DNA of 64,000 bases from Epithemia pelagica (Eukaryota; Protista; Bacillariophyta). The translations under genes were made by a program, and so were the position numbers. Below the pieces are notes generated by a model that was not told where the DNA came from, did no database searches, and worked only from the letters and a program-made list of their open reading frames with translations. Positions within the stretch are counted from its first letter, which is position 1, and the number at the start of each line of letters is the position of its first letter. The DNA lies in assembly GCA_946965045.2 (NCBI GenBank), contig OX337239.1:1240001-1304000 (forward strand). The letters are read 5' to 3'. Below are positions 25,765-37,875 of this stretch, piece after piece.

Positions 25765-26892
25765 GTCCTGCATGGCAAAAGATACCTATCCAGCTGAAGC
25801 TATTGACAAAGAAACGGTTATTACTGTGAACCGTCAACTACGAAGACGACCGTCCTGGGTAACAGGCATTCCGCGTAACCGAGACAATCCCAACATGATC
25901 TGCAACGTATACAACCAAGTACTACAAAATGTCTTTTTCAAGGTGGAGAAAAACCCCGGATTTTTCTGTTTTCCAGTTATTGGAAAAGTCTTTGCCTGTG
26001 TGTCGCCAAGTCAGCTTGATTTGGAGCATTATGCGGGGTGGAAAATTGATGACGGGGGCGTAGAACTTGATGGGGAGAAGATAATGGAGAAATTAGTGAA
26101 GAAAAAGCCTTGGATGCAGCCATCGACATTGTTGAAGTCACCAGTACAAACTACTTTCATGATATTTGCTGGACGCTGGTGTTGCGGAACTTGAACGTGA
26201 ATTGTGACCCTGCGACCGATCCCATCGCACGTCTGAGCAGCCGTACCTGTACAGCCAATTTGCTTCCCGAATTTCGTGACTACGTGAACTCTACAAGAAA
26301 TAAAATGTCGCCAGAAAATTTGATTGCTCGTTACGGAGTACACTTGTTTCATACTTTGGTACACGAGGATGAGGATGGGGTCATTGGATGCGCCTATTTA
26401 GACGCGATTTGTCTTGGCGAGTATTCATCGTCTGTAAATAGACTTGCCGATCCCTCTTTCGATGCAAACCTTCGACTTTTGGCTCACGAAATTGGACACA
26501 ACTTGGGAGGTCATCATGTTGACAACCCAGCAAATCTCATGTACCCATTCATAATGCCAGAAGCAAATCAAAGCTTTCTGGACGAGACCAAAACAAACTT
26601 TACCAACCGACAGAATTTTCTGAAGGATTTGGTGGATCAAGGATATCGTCCGGAATAAAATTGTATCCAAGACGACTATACGTTCCCACCCACTGAGTCG
26701 CCGACCACAAGTTTGGCAACAGCCGAGACATCACCACCACCGACGAGCGCTCCTACAGAAACACCAACAGCTATGCCAACGTCTCACCCCACTATCTTAC
26801 CGACTTCGGAACCAACGAAGGTCCCAACAAAGGTACCCACGGGATCACCAACCTCGTATCCCACAGCTTCGCCCACATTTACCCCGACAGCT

Positions 26893-29800
26893 GCTCCCAC
26901 AGAAAACCCAACAGCTCTGCCGACGTCTCAACCGACTGTATCACCGACCATACAGCCAACAGGGGTACCAACAACATCACCAACGGGATCTCCAACGTCG
27001 TTGCCGACAGATACTCCAACTTTCCTACCGACAAGTGCTCCAACAGGAAACCCAACAGCAATGCCAACGTCTCAACCGACTGCATCCCCGACCTCACAGC
27101 CAACAGAGGTACCAACAGCATCACCAACTGGATCACCAACGTCGTTTCCGACAGATTTGTCCACATTGACACCGACAAGTGCTCCAACAGAAAATCCAAC
27201 AGCTTTGCCAACGTTTCAACCAACTGTATCACCGACTTCAGAACCAACGGAAGTACCAACAGGATCACCAACGTCGTCTCCGACAGATACTCCCACGTCA
27301 GCACCGACAAGTGTTCCCACAGGAAACCCAACAGCTCTACCAACAGGTCAACCAACTGCACCACCGACCTTGCAGCCAACGGCTGTACCAACGGGATCAC
27401 CAATATCTTTTCCAACAGATTCTCCCACAGTCACACCGACAAGTGCTCCGACAGGAAATCCAACACTTTCTCCAACATCACAACCGACTGCATCACCAAC
27501 CTCTCAGCCAACGATGGTGCCTACTGGATCACCAACCTTTGGTCCGACATGGACTCCCACAGAATCCCTGACAGATTCTCCAACTCAGTTACCCACGACT
27601 TCTCCAACCGGTCGGCCGACGAATATACCCACTGATGATCCAACAGATCTTCCCACATCATTGCCCACCACAAATGCACCAACCTTTGAACCTACAGAAT
27701 CACCGACAACCGACCCAACTGATTCCCCAACATCTACACCGACGGATTCACCAACACAAGGTCCAACAGGTAACCCTACCGACTTACCAAGTTTGACACC
27801 CACTTCGAAACCGACATCCAATCCCACTCAACGTCCATCAAGCTCTCCCACACCGATGCCAACGACTGAACCCCCCAGTTCACCAACAAGAGATCCAGCA
27901 GCGAATCCAACTGGCTCACCAACATTGGAGCCGACGTTCAATCCAACCGGCCTTCCGACGGAGACTCCGACAGCAATGCCTACAGGAATTCCAACTTCTG
28001 GTCCGACGTCAATACCCACGACTACTCCCACCAGTTCCCCAACGAGTTCACCAACAGAAGTACCAACATCTTTGCCGTCAAGCGAGCCAACTCAGCACCC
28101 AACAACATCACCGACGAACACTCCAACCAGAAATCCTACGGCTTCCCCGACAAAGGAACCTACTAGTGTTCCTACGTTTCTACCAACAGATTTGCCAACA
28201 TTGACACCGACCAGTGCTCCCACAGAAAACCCAACAGCTCTGCCGACGTCTCAACCGACTGTATCACCGACTTTTCAACCAACCGAAGTCCCAACGGAGG
28301 TTCCAACGGGATCTCCAACGTCGTTGCCGACAGATACTCCAACTTTCCTACCGACAAGTGCTCCAACAGGAAACCCAACAGCAATGCCAACGTCTCAACC
28401 GACTGCATCCCCGACCTCACAGCCAACAGAGGTACCAACAGCATCACCAACTGGATCACCAACGTCGTTTCCGACAGATTTGCCCACATTGACACCGACG
28501 AGTGCTCCAACAGAAAATCCAACAGCTTTGCCAACGTTTCAACCAACTGTATCACCGACTTCAGAACCAACGGAAGTACCATCGGGATCACCAACGTCGT
28601 CTCCGACAGATACTCCCACGTCAGCACCGACAAGTGTTCCCACAGGAAACCCAACAGCTCTACCAACAGGTCAACCAACTGCACCACCGACCTTGCAGCC
28701 AACGGCTGTACCAACGGGGTCACCAATATCTTTTCCAACAGATTCTCTCACAGTCACACCGACAAGTGCTCCGACAGGAAATCCAACACTTTCTCCAACA
28801 TCACAACCGACTGCATCACCAACCTCTCAGCCAACGATGGTGCCTACTGGATCACCAACCTTTGGTTCGACATGGACTCCCACAGAATCCCCGACAGATT
28901 CTCCAACTCAGTTACCCACGACTTCTCCAACCGGTCGGCCGACGAATATACCCACTGATGATCCAACAGATCTTCCCACATCATTGCCCACCACAAATGC
29001 ACCAACCTTTGAACCTACAGAATCACCGACAACCGACCCAACTGATTCCCCAACATCTACACCGACGGATTCACCAACACAAGGTCCAACAGGTAACCCT
29101 ACCGACTTACCAAGTTTGACACCCACTTCGAAACCGACATCCAATCCAACTCAACGTCCATCAAGCTCTCCCACACCGATGCCAACGACTGAACCCCCCA
29201 GTTCACCAACAAGAGATCCAGCAGCGAATCCAACTGGCTCACCAACATTGGAGCCGACGTTCAATCCAACCGGCCTTCCGACGGAGACTCCGACAGCAAT
29301 GCCTACAGGAATTCCAACTTCTGGTCCGACGTCAATACCCACGACTACTCCCACCAGTTCCCCAACGAGTTCACCAACAGAAGTACCAACATCTTTGCCG
29401 TCAAGCGAGCCAACTCAGCACCCAACAACATCACCGACGAACACTCCAACCAGAAATCCTACGGCTTCCCCGACAAAGGAACCTACTAGTGTTCCTACGT
29501 TTCTACCAACAGATTTGCCAACATTGACACCGACCACAGTGCTCCCACAGAAAACCCAACAGCTCTGCCGACGTCTCAACCGACTGTATCACCGACTTTT
29601 CAACCAACGGAAGTCCCAACGGAGGTTCCAACGGGATCTCCAACGTCGTTGCCGACAGATACTCCAACTTTCCTACCGACAAGTGCTCCAACAGGAAACC
29701 CAACAGCAATGCCAACGTCTCAACCGACTGCATCCCCGACCTCACAGCCAACAGAGGTACCAACAGCATCACCAACTGGATCACCAACGTCGTTTCCGAC

Positions 29801-30513
29801 AGATTTGCCCACATTGACACCGACAAGTGCTCCAACAGAAAATCCAACAGCTTTGCCAACGTTTCAACCAACTGTATCACCGACTTCAGAACCAACGGAA
29901 GTACCATCGGGATCACCAACGTCGTCTCCGACAGATACTCCCACGTCAGCACCGACAAGTGTTCCCACAGGAAACCCAACAGCTCTACCAACAGGTCAAC
30001 CAACTGCACCACCGACCTTGCAGCCAACGGCTGTACCAACGGGATCACCAATATCTTTTCCAACAGATTCTCCCACAGTCACACCGACAAGTGCTCCGAC
30101 AGAAAATCCAACACTTTCTCCAACATCACAACCGACTGCATCACCAACCTCTCAGCCAACGATGGTGCCTACTGGATCACCAACCTTTGGTCCGACATGG
30201 ACTCCCACAGAATCCCTGACAGATTCTCCAACTCAGTTACCCACGACTTCTCCAACCGGTCGGCCGACGAATATACCCACTGATGATCCAACAGATCTTC
30301 CCACATCATTGCCCACCACAAATGCACCAACCTTTGAACCTACAGAATCACCGACAACCGACCCAACTGATTCCCCAACATCTACACCGACGGATTCACC
30401 AACACAAGGTCCAACAGGTAACCCTACCGACTTACCAAGTTTGACACCCACTTCGAAACCGACATCCAATCCCACTCAACGTCCATCAAGCTCTCCCACA
30501 CCGATGCCAACGA
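26893..30513 (+). repeat. ~2.7 near-identical tandem copies of a 1323-bp (441-aa) PT-rich unit
   Basis: gctcccacagaaaacccaacagctctgccg recurs at 26893, 28216 (+1323) and 29541 (+1325; 2-bp insertion causing a frameshift). Confidence 0.93.
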
Positions 30514-30632
30514 CGGAATTTCCCATACCGCAAACGGACGAGGCTAGCGAGAGTCAAGGTTTGGTAAGTCCCACGTCGATTCCAACTTCCATGCCATCGG
30601 CGACTCCAACGAAGCGTCCAACGACAGCGCGT

Positions 30633-30684
30633 ATGAGGGCACGAATGAGAGCACGAATGAGGGCAAGAATGAGGGCACGAATGG
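30633..30684 (+). repeat. 12-bp microrepeat encoding (MRAR)n C-terminal tail
   Basis: atgagggcacga-like unit, about 4.5 copies; translates as ARMRARMRARMRARMRARMG in the PT frame. Confidence 0.85.
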
Positions 30685-30953
30685 GGGTGCAGTAAGATGA
30701 AGTTTATCATTACTCAATATAGTTCCCTGTGTGTCCAACTCAGTACTACATTCATATTTCATATCATTTACAACTGCTTTTGTGATTTGGGAGCAAGGGA
30801 ACATTTGTGATTGCGGTGCTGTCGAAGTTGTGGCTGTTTGGATTCTCTGACTCTTTATGACATATTGTGGTTATCTTTGGTCACACTTATCCCGTCGAGA
30901 GTCAAGATTGTTGCCTCATATGGTGGTGTACGTTACAGATAATGCAAGGATGA

Positions 30954-31738
30954 GTGGTCGCTGCTTGTGATTGTGATGACTGCACGACCACCAGGGCTTG
31001 CACGAATGACCAAGACAGCCAGTTTCAAGCCACAAAGAACGTATACGATAGCACCAAGTGCATCAATCACCCTGTCGCACGATTAGATATGCAAACTCGT
31101 TGGGCCATTGCCCGAGAGCATCATTCGGAAAACAGTTTACGCAGGGTCCATCAAGAAGTGCTACAAATTAAGCAATCTCGTCAACTAGCCACTTTGCAGC
31201 AACCAGAGGAGAATGACGAACAACAAGAAGCACCACAGGAACACTTGACCACACAAGGTTCCGCGACCCAAACAGAATCATCATCATTGAGTCGGGGGGA
31301 ACGATTGCATCTAAAGATGCAACAGATGGAGCAAGAACGAAAGGAGAAAATGGATCGAGAATGGAAAAGGTACAACTGCGCAAGCAAAAACAACGAGAAC
31401 AAATGCATCGTGGAGGTAGTTTTGCTCGCAGAAACAGCAACAGCAACAGCAACAACAACAACAAAAGCAAGAGTTTGAGTCCGCCCCGATCATTCTTGAC
31501 CTCGGAGAGTAGTTCAAATTCAGTGAGGCGGGCCGTTCGACCAGTTCAGAACGGCCTTCTCGTCGAGTTGGCCCAATGCGTCTGCGCCGGGTGCGTAACC
31601 GCACCGTCGATCATGATGATACCAACTAACTTGTTTGTTGTTCAAAAGAGTCCATTGCGTGTGCGAAGGGACTTTGAAACCCGAATGAGGAAACCGGAGA
31701 TGAGACGGACCCAAAGTGATGGTAGTGTAAATTGGTGA
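30954..31738 (+). pseudogene. Hypothetical coiled-coil/low-complexity gene split by an apparent 1-nt frameshift near 31355
   Basis: ORF 30954-31478 (…MQQMEQERKEK) and overlapping ORF 31361-31738 (MEKVQLRKQKQREQ…RRTQSDGSVNW) read as one plausible protein. Start codon not established. Confidence 0.4.
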
Positions 31739-32667
31739 TGGTATTCTGTTGTTTCGTGAATTGGCTTGAATGTGAATGATGGCGGTGTATCAGATGGGAC
31801 ATGTCCGCATGGCAATGTCGCCGGTAGTGGATGCGTCGATGTGCTCTATGTTATTGGTGCATGGTCCTGGTTCTGGAGTTTTGTGGTCACCACCAGCGCT
31901 GGTGGGACTTGTCTCTCTTCATACTGTGAATACATGTTCTGTGTGCATCTACGAATATAGTAATACATTTATGGTTTATTTTAGTGTCTTTGGTATCGCG
32001 TACAATGTGTTACTGTCTTCGAGAACAATGGAGCGTTTGTTGTTGCGCTGTTATCGAAGTTGTGGCTGCTATGACTTTCCTTCCAGCGGTGCCACATTTC
32101 AGCTGGAGTACTATCATCCATCACACGTTGTGGTTTTGCGAGCCGCCACCCATCAACCATCTCGTGGAGTTCCGAGCAACCTAAGAAAGAGGTATCTCAC
32201 ACTACACGAATACTGAGAAGAGACATGGATTTCTCATTAATGTATTGCAAAGTACTGATAGGTACCAACAAACAAAACGTTTCTCACTGTCAGCCCCGTC
32301 AAAGCCGCAGACACAAGACACAGTGGCCCGCATGTTCATGAAGTGATTGACAGGAGAGTAGCGGCCAAAGTGAAAAAAGCTGGCGTCGGGATGGGAAAAG
32401 TGCTCAATAATCTCCCTACTTTACGGAGAAGTTACAGAACCGAATCCACCCAAGGTATCGTGTACCAGGACCCTCCCAGCAGTGGCTGGAGAAGTGTGAA
32501 TGCTCTGAAAGGGTACATTGGTGGCAATTGCATCGACAGAGTAGACAGACACTGTGTTGTCGTAGCAAATCGCATACATTTCTCGACACCCTGTGTGGTA
32601 CTCAAAGTTGATAGGCCAGCCACACAACTCTGACTATGATGTTGTTGCTGATTGCGTTTCGTTCTTC

Positions 32668-34285
32668 TTATCCTTCTTGCTGGGATAAGGCATCTTGGAG
32701 TTGGCCTAGTAACTTTTGACGAAAGGAAGTAGGATGAACGTGAGTATTGCACCATTGCAACAACCCGTATTCAATTTGTCCTTCCAATTCTCCCTGTCGT
32801 TGTTCTTGTTCTTGTTGCCGAGCAATAACATGTTGCGGTCCCTTGTTGCTCGCATCCATGTGATTGTCTCCGTTGTTCCACTTCCTTCTTGTAGTATGGG
32901 TCAGGGTATCGATCCATACACGAAAGGCCAAGGCCATGGTGCTGCCGCTGATGCTCGTAGAACCAGCCGTATCATGATGAGTTGCGGTCGCTGTGAACTC
33001 ATGACTTGGGCCCACCGCAAGCGAAATGGCTCGCACTAAATCGGACGTAATTCGGGAGCGCGCTTCATCCTTGTCGACTGATGATGATGATGATGATGAT
33101 GATGATGGTTGTTGTGGTTGATGATCCACCAAGACTGCGAGGGTCGCTTGTGCACGCAAAGCCAAAGCCTGTGCCAAGGCAGATGATCCAACGGTAGACA
33201 GGTCTGCTTGCGGTGATGATGTTTGTTCCAATTTGGCAATGACACTGGACAAGAGTCGAATCTGTTCTTGTGCGTCTGTGTTGCAACACATCCAAAGAAC
33301 AAATTGCATGGATTAAAAGCCTGTGTGAGGGACACGTTTCGATAGACCGGTAGGCTTTTCAGAGTGAATACAACGTACCTTGTATTTGTTTGGCCTTGTC
33401 CATGACATTGCATGCAGCAATCAACAAGGTGGACATTGGTGGTATTTTGTACATTGACAACATGGACGAAGATGGGTGTTGCTGCCATTGAGATGCAATC
33501 ATGGAGGCATTGGTCAAGCCATGCATGTTTATCGAGTAACTCTTGCTGTCATTGTTGATCGAAGAATCCTGTTTGTCTTGTCGGAGCGGCCACCAAGATG
33601 GCGATGAGGAAGATAGAGCATTTGAACAAGAGACTGATTGGAAGTGCAACTGAGCATTGGGTCCATGCTCACAGTGCGATTGACAGGAAGAGGACTCAAC
33701 GTGCGGTTGTACGGCAATCGTGGGCAGGGTGGATGCAGTATCATGATTCTGTGGATCGTTGCGGACGGAAGCGGCCACCCCATCGAGCAAATACGTCATG
33801 GTTTGTCGCAAGTGAGGATACTTCTTGGCACAATGCTTGTCTTGGCAAACTTGACAAGAGATTTTGAGTACTTGTTGCGGTGGCGATGACTTGGGAGCAG
33901 GTTTTTCGCTACCACGGCAGTTTTTGTTGTTGGAGCTATCCTTTGATGAAGGTTCATTCGGTGCTGAAGAAAGGGCCGACGACTTCAACATGGACGATGA
34001 CCGAAACGACAAACAGTCATGTGGTGAGCAGACATCACTGGCGCCGACAAATTTGCTTTGGGAACAAGAGAAAGATCCTTTTCTGTGGTCATGCAATGAT
34101 AAAAACGGACGAACAGTGGTCGAATAACGTCCAATTGAAGGACTCCAGGCTCGGACCGCCATCCAGGATGTTGGGACCACAAGCAACAGAGGGAGAAACA
34201 GAAGATCGACCATATCCCGACGAAAACGAAAACGACGACGTTGCACAACAGAAAGGCCGGATGGAAACGACGTATCACTTGTCAT
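32668..34285 (-). CDS. Probable plastid-targeted protein with thioredoxin-like [2Fe-2S] ferredoxin-type Cys motifs and helical C-terminus
   Basis: complement(join(32668..33275,33379..34285)) is in frame (QIQ|DAQEQ). Signal-like MVDLLFLPLLLVV...RAW-SP; CQVCQDKHC and SSCQSHCEHGPN resemble the TRX-like Fd family. Confidence 0.55.
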
Positions 34286-36219
34286 GATTGTCGTAATGCT
34301 TCTTTTGAATGATGTATATTATGGTTGAGATCGTGTCCATGCGATCCGATCACCATTACCACCGTATCTTCCTTGATCCGCGACCGCGAGCTCTTTTTGT
34401 GTCTTTTCGCCATCTGTTCTATGCCAATCTCTATCAAACGATAGCCACTCCTCTACTAGTCGCTAGTCTTAGCCCTCTAGTTACTATTGATCTTCAAGAA
34501 GCTCTAGACAAACGACGATAAGTCAAAGTCATCGTATGGAGGTCCTACAAAACATCCATGACCTGACTGTGGACGTCCAGAACTAATCGAGCCACTGACT
34601 GTTCTTGTGGAGATGAGGTCCCACGTCGAAGAACCATGAGACCAACAACCATCCGGGGCGATATCCATGCCGTCTTGATGACGTGGTATAAATCGTCCCT
34701 TTTCATCAGTATTGCCTTATGCTACTGAAAACCTCGTAGAGACCTGTGCCATGACAACCGCAACCCTGATATGCAACGGTTTGTGGTTCGTTTCGTGATA
34801 TGGCCTCAGCGATATAACCCGTTTCCAATATGGCAGACACCAGGTACCAGGTCCCCAGCGGCTCTTGAAAAGAAGATGAGCAGCAAAGCTGAGAGCACCA
34901 GGTCCTATCATATCAAACGCCATGGTCATGGAAATATGCGAGTGGAATTCGTGTGATCGTGCCGCCCATTGACTCTTCCAACTCTTTTCAAGGGGAATCG
35001 ATTCCTCCTAACATTGCTGCTTGTAATGGTATAAATTTCGTGAGGGGGTTCTTCGCGTGGCGCGCCATTGGGTCGTTTACTGGGACTCTCCTTAAGAAGG
35101 CTTCCCCGAAGCCGACACTCATCTTTTGTAGGGCAAGATACTCACCCAATGAAACCGGTAGGGATAGTGTTGGGTTCTCCCTCCAAGCGACACACGACAC
35201 ACGACTCGTCGAAAAACATTTCGCGCCGCTCCCGAGTCCCGAGAGATCATGAACCACGAACCACGATTTGTGAAAAAAGTTTGGCTTTCTTTATCCCAGA
35301 GTAATAGTAGAGCATATAAAACTGTGATTGCCGTAAAAACATTTTCCTCTCGTTTCCATAGAACCAAACAGCCATCTCATGATGTAGCTCCTTCTCCCTT
35401 CATGTTAGATTTTTCATGTACGAAGATTGAAGACAAAGAGACCAGGACTGAAGAGTAGCCGAAGAGACTAGAAGAATCGAACGAAGTGACCACGTAGACT
35501 CAAAGAAGGGATCCCGCCAGTTGGAACATGGAGTGCATAGACAACCAAAGGGATCGCGCCTTCTCTTAGTATGGTATGTGGCCATGACATGGTACTTTTT
35601 ATTTACAGCCACACTCACACCGACATAGTTGTTTCAGATCGGTTTTTCAGGGTTGTCGATGTACGATGATTTTCGATATCACGAGAACACTTGAGATGAA
35701 TGACTGATGATGGTTTTGTCGTACTTATCTTAGAGGGATGCTTAAATGGCCTTCAAAAAGCCTTAGATATCTCTCATCCTTCGGTACTGCGACTTTTTTT
35801 CAGAATTCACTTGTCATTCATGTTTGGTACTTGATCGACAAGCGAACCGTCATGATGACTTGACGGGCAGTACTCAACGAAGAGAACAGGACCTCAAGAA
35901 GCATTGTCTTTCCTCGACATGCTTTGTTTATTCTTCCCATGGCATGAAAGGGCCATGTGATGGCGATTGGGAATCGTTAAGGAAAGGGGGCCCATTGATA
36001 CTGTAACCGTCATCCTACAAGAATTTCAAGGCGACGACAAAATGATAGTCTGGCGGGAGTACACTTGTCCGTGAAAGCCGTCCACAATAGTAATAACAAT
36101 ATCACCCGTCAGGTTGAGAAAAAACGCGAAATCACGACGAGTTCATTGTCGGAATCGAGTTGGAAGAAATCGGCTCCCTAATCACAAAATGTTGGTGCCG
36201 CCGTGAATACTACTACGAT

Positions 36220-37875
36220 TTACATACTATCCCATTTGAACTCTCCGTCTGACATGACATCACCATGATTCCTATGATGGCTAGTACGTTCTTGTCCCCT
36301 TTCATTGTGTGGATGGTTTTGTTGCGCCGTGGCCTCTTTTGCCTCGTGCCTTTCGCGCTCTTGTGAGAAAGATGACGGCTGTTGCCGTCTTCCCAGAGGC
36401 GATTGCTTCCATTCCTGATGACGGAGGTTGCGTCCTAAACCGGAATTGTTTCCCTGGTACGGCATTCGCGTCACTTCTGGCTGGGATTGTACGGCCATGA
36501 ACGTATGTGATGCTCGATATTGATTCCTTGCCACAATGGGATTTCTGGCAGGTTCTGGTGGAAGAAATGCTTGGTGGTAATGGACTTGTGAAGGCCTCCT
36601 CGAAAAATTCTGGCGATCTTCTTTCAAATCAACAGTGCTCAGATGACGACGATGCCTTTCATTTTCGCTTTGACATTCGCCACTCTTCGGCATGGCTGCT
36701 GCAGAACTAGTTGGCCATGGATGAGGTGCACCTTTTGCACTACCGTCCTGAAGTAACCTTATCCCCGCCTCGACCGGGTCAACATGGCGGGCACGTGGGT
36801 TAGAATAGTCCTTGTGCTTTTCTCTCATTGCCATGATGCCCGCTCTGTCCCCCAAAACATTGAGCGCATGGTAATGATCACCTGTACCCCATGCTGTTCC
36901 CGATCTTGGAGTGTGCGCATATGGCCCAATGTGGCTGACGCTCATGGGACGAGGATCGGGTGTGGTTGGTTCACAAGTGGTTGTGGTTCTGTACGGTGTG
37001 ACTTTGCTCTCCCATGTGTTCGCAAAAGAACGACCGGTGATAGAGGAACCAAATGTCGTTGGGTTCATCTTATTGTGCGTTTTGGAAGTCGCGCAACTGG
37101 TTTTTTGTGGGAATCTTGTATGACCAAAGGTCTTTTCCCGTGTTTGATGACGAGCAGTTTTAGTTGTCATGGATTCAGCAGAATTCGACATTGGAGGGAC
37201 GGTCAAAGGAATTGAAGAAAGGAGAGAAGCATGGTCCCTGCTCTTGGCCTCTTTTCCGATCGATATCATGGTTTCTTCTTCTCCAAGTGTGAGAGGATTC
37301 ATTGTTTCTGACGGTGCGACCGGGTTGTTTTCGATTAACAGCCACGGTTTCGATTTCTTGGTTCTTCGTCGATCGATGTCATTGTACGTGCGAAGGGCAT
37401 GGGAAACCTTTTCTCGTCGGGACGTCGTGTCAATTTCTAAGTATGTCTTGAGATCCGGCTCGTACTTCAGAAAACGACCACCATAGGCTTGCACAATATC
37501 CAAGACGAGTCGAGTGAGTCTCGACTTTTCACTTCGTGTGGCCGTGGGTGATTGATAGGCTTTGTGATGCATCGCAATCACTACATTGTATCGAAGGTTT
37601 CCGGGATGCTTGTGGACCAAACTGTTGTGAGAACATATCACGTCTGTTGCTTGCAACTCAAGCAAATGTGGCTGCTCATCTCGCGACAGGAGGGATGCCG
37701 ACCCTGTGACATTTTCCTCATTCTTAGTTGTACTAGGACAAATACTGGCCTCCTCTTCCATGTTAGTAAGGGTCTCGTTCATATCTCTTGTTTGATACTT
37801 TACCACGTTGTGTCTATGGTTCTCTGGTTGGTCATTGCTTCCACACTGCAGGTGATTGGTATGCAATAAAATCAT
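36220..37875 (-). CDS. DUF6824-like domain protein (diatom-expanded family)
   Basis: DVICSHN...HPGNLRY...KSRL...IV...GGRFLK...REKVSHALR motif followed by a low-complexity tail. Confidence 0.85.
   Translation of the reverse strand: MILLHTNHLQCGSNDQPENHRHNVVKYQTRDMNETLTNMEEEASICPSTTKNEENVTGSASLLSRDEQPHLLELQATDVICSHNSLVHKHPGNLRYNVVIAMHHKAYQSPTATRSEKSRLTRLVLDIVQAYGGRFLKYEPDLKTYLEIDTTSRREKVSHALRTYNDIDRRRTKKSKPWLLIENNPVAPSETMNPLTLGEEETMISIGKEAKSRDHASLLSSIPLTVPPMSNSAESMTTKTARHQTREKTFGHTRFPQKTSCATSKTHNKMNPTTFGSSITGRSFANTWESKVTPYRTTTTCEPTTPDPRPMSVSHIGPYAHTPRSGTAWGTGDHYHALNVLGDRAGIMAMREKHKDYSNPRARHVDPVEAGIRLLQDGSAKGAPHPWPTSSAAAMPKSGECQSENERHRRHLSTVDLKEDRQNFSRRPSQVHYHQAFLPPEPARNPIVARNQYRASHTFMAVQSQPEVTRMPYQGNNSGLGRNLRHQEWKQSPLGRRQQPSSFSQERERHEAKEATAQQNHPHNERGQERTSHHRNHGDVMSDGEFKWDSM

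Larger units (their letters stand above)
18410..30695 (+). pseudogene. Secreted M12B/reprolysin-like metzincin protease with giant Pro/Thr mucin-like stalk; interrupted by the copia element and further lesions
   Basis: Signal peptide at 18410. Removing 18711-25769 restores the frame (DWRS-C-MAKDTY). HEIGHNLGGHH plus LMYP Met-turn in ORF 26110-26658. The same frame continues past a single TAA (26656-26658) into the PT repeats; frameshifts near 26040-26070 and ~29536. Confidence 0.8.

Noticed and set aside
26879-30475. Many 60-200-aa ORFs in alternative frames and the opposite strand (Gln-rich, Val/Gly-rich, Leu-rich)
   Set aside because: Shadow ORFs of the PT repeat; they recur with the same 1323-bp period.
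26713-30513. CRISPR-like or satellite array
   Set aside because: No constant repeat with unique spacers; this is a coding repeat in a eukaryotic gene.
30565-30570. GTAAGT splice donor near the end of the mucin ORF
   Set aside because: The following sequence (VSPTSIPTSMPSATPT) still reads as PT-type coding sequence and no acceptor or next exon was identified; left unresolved.
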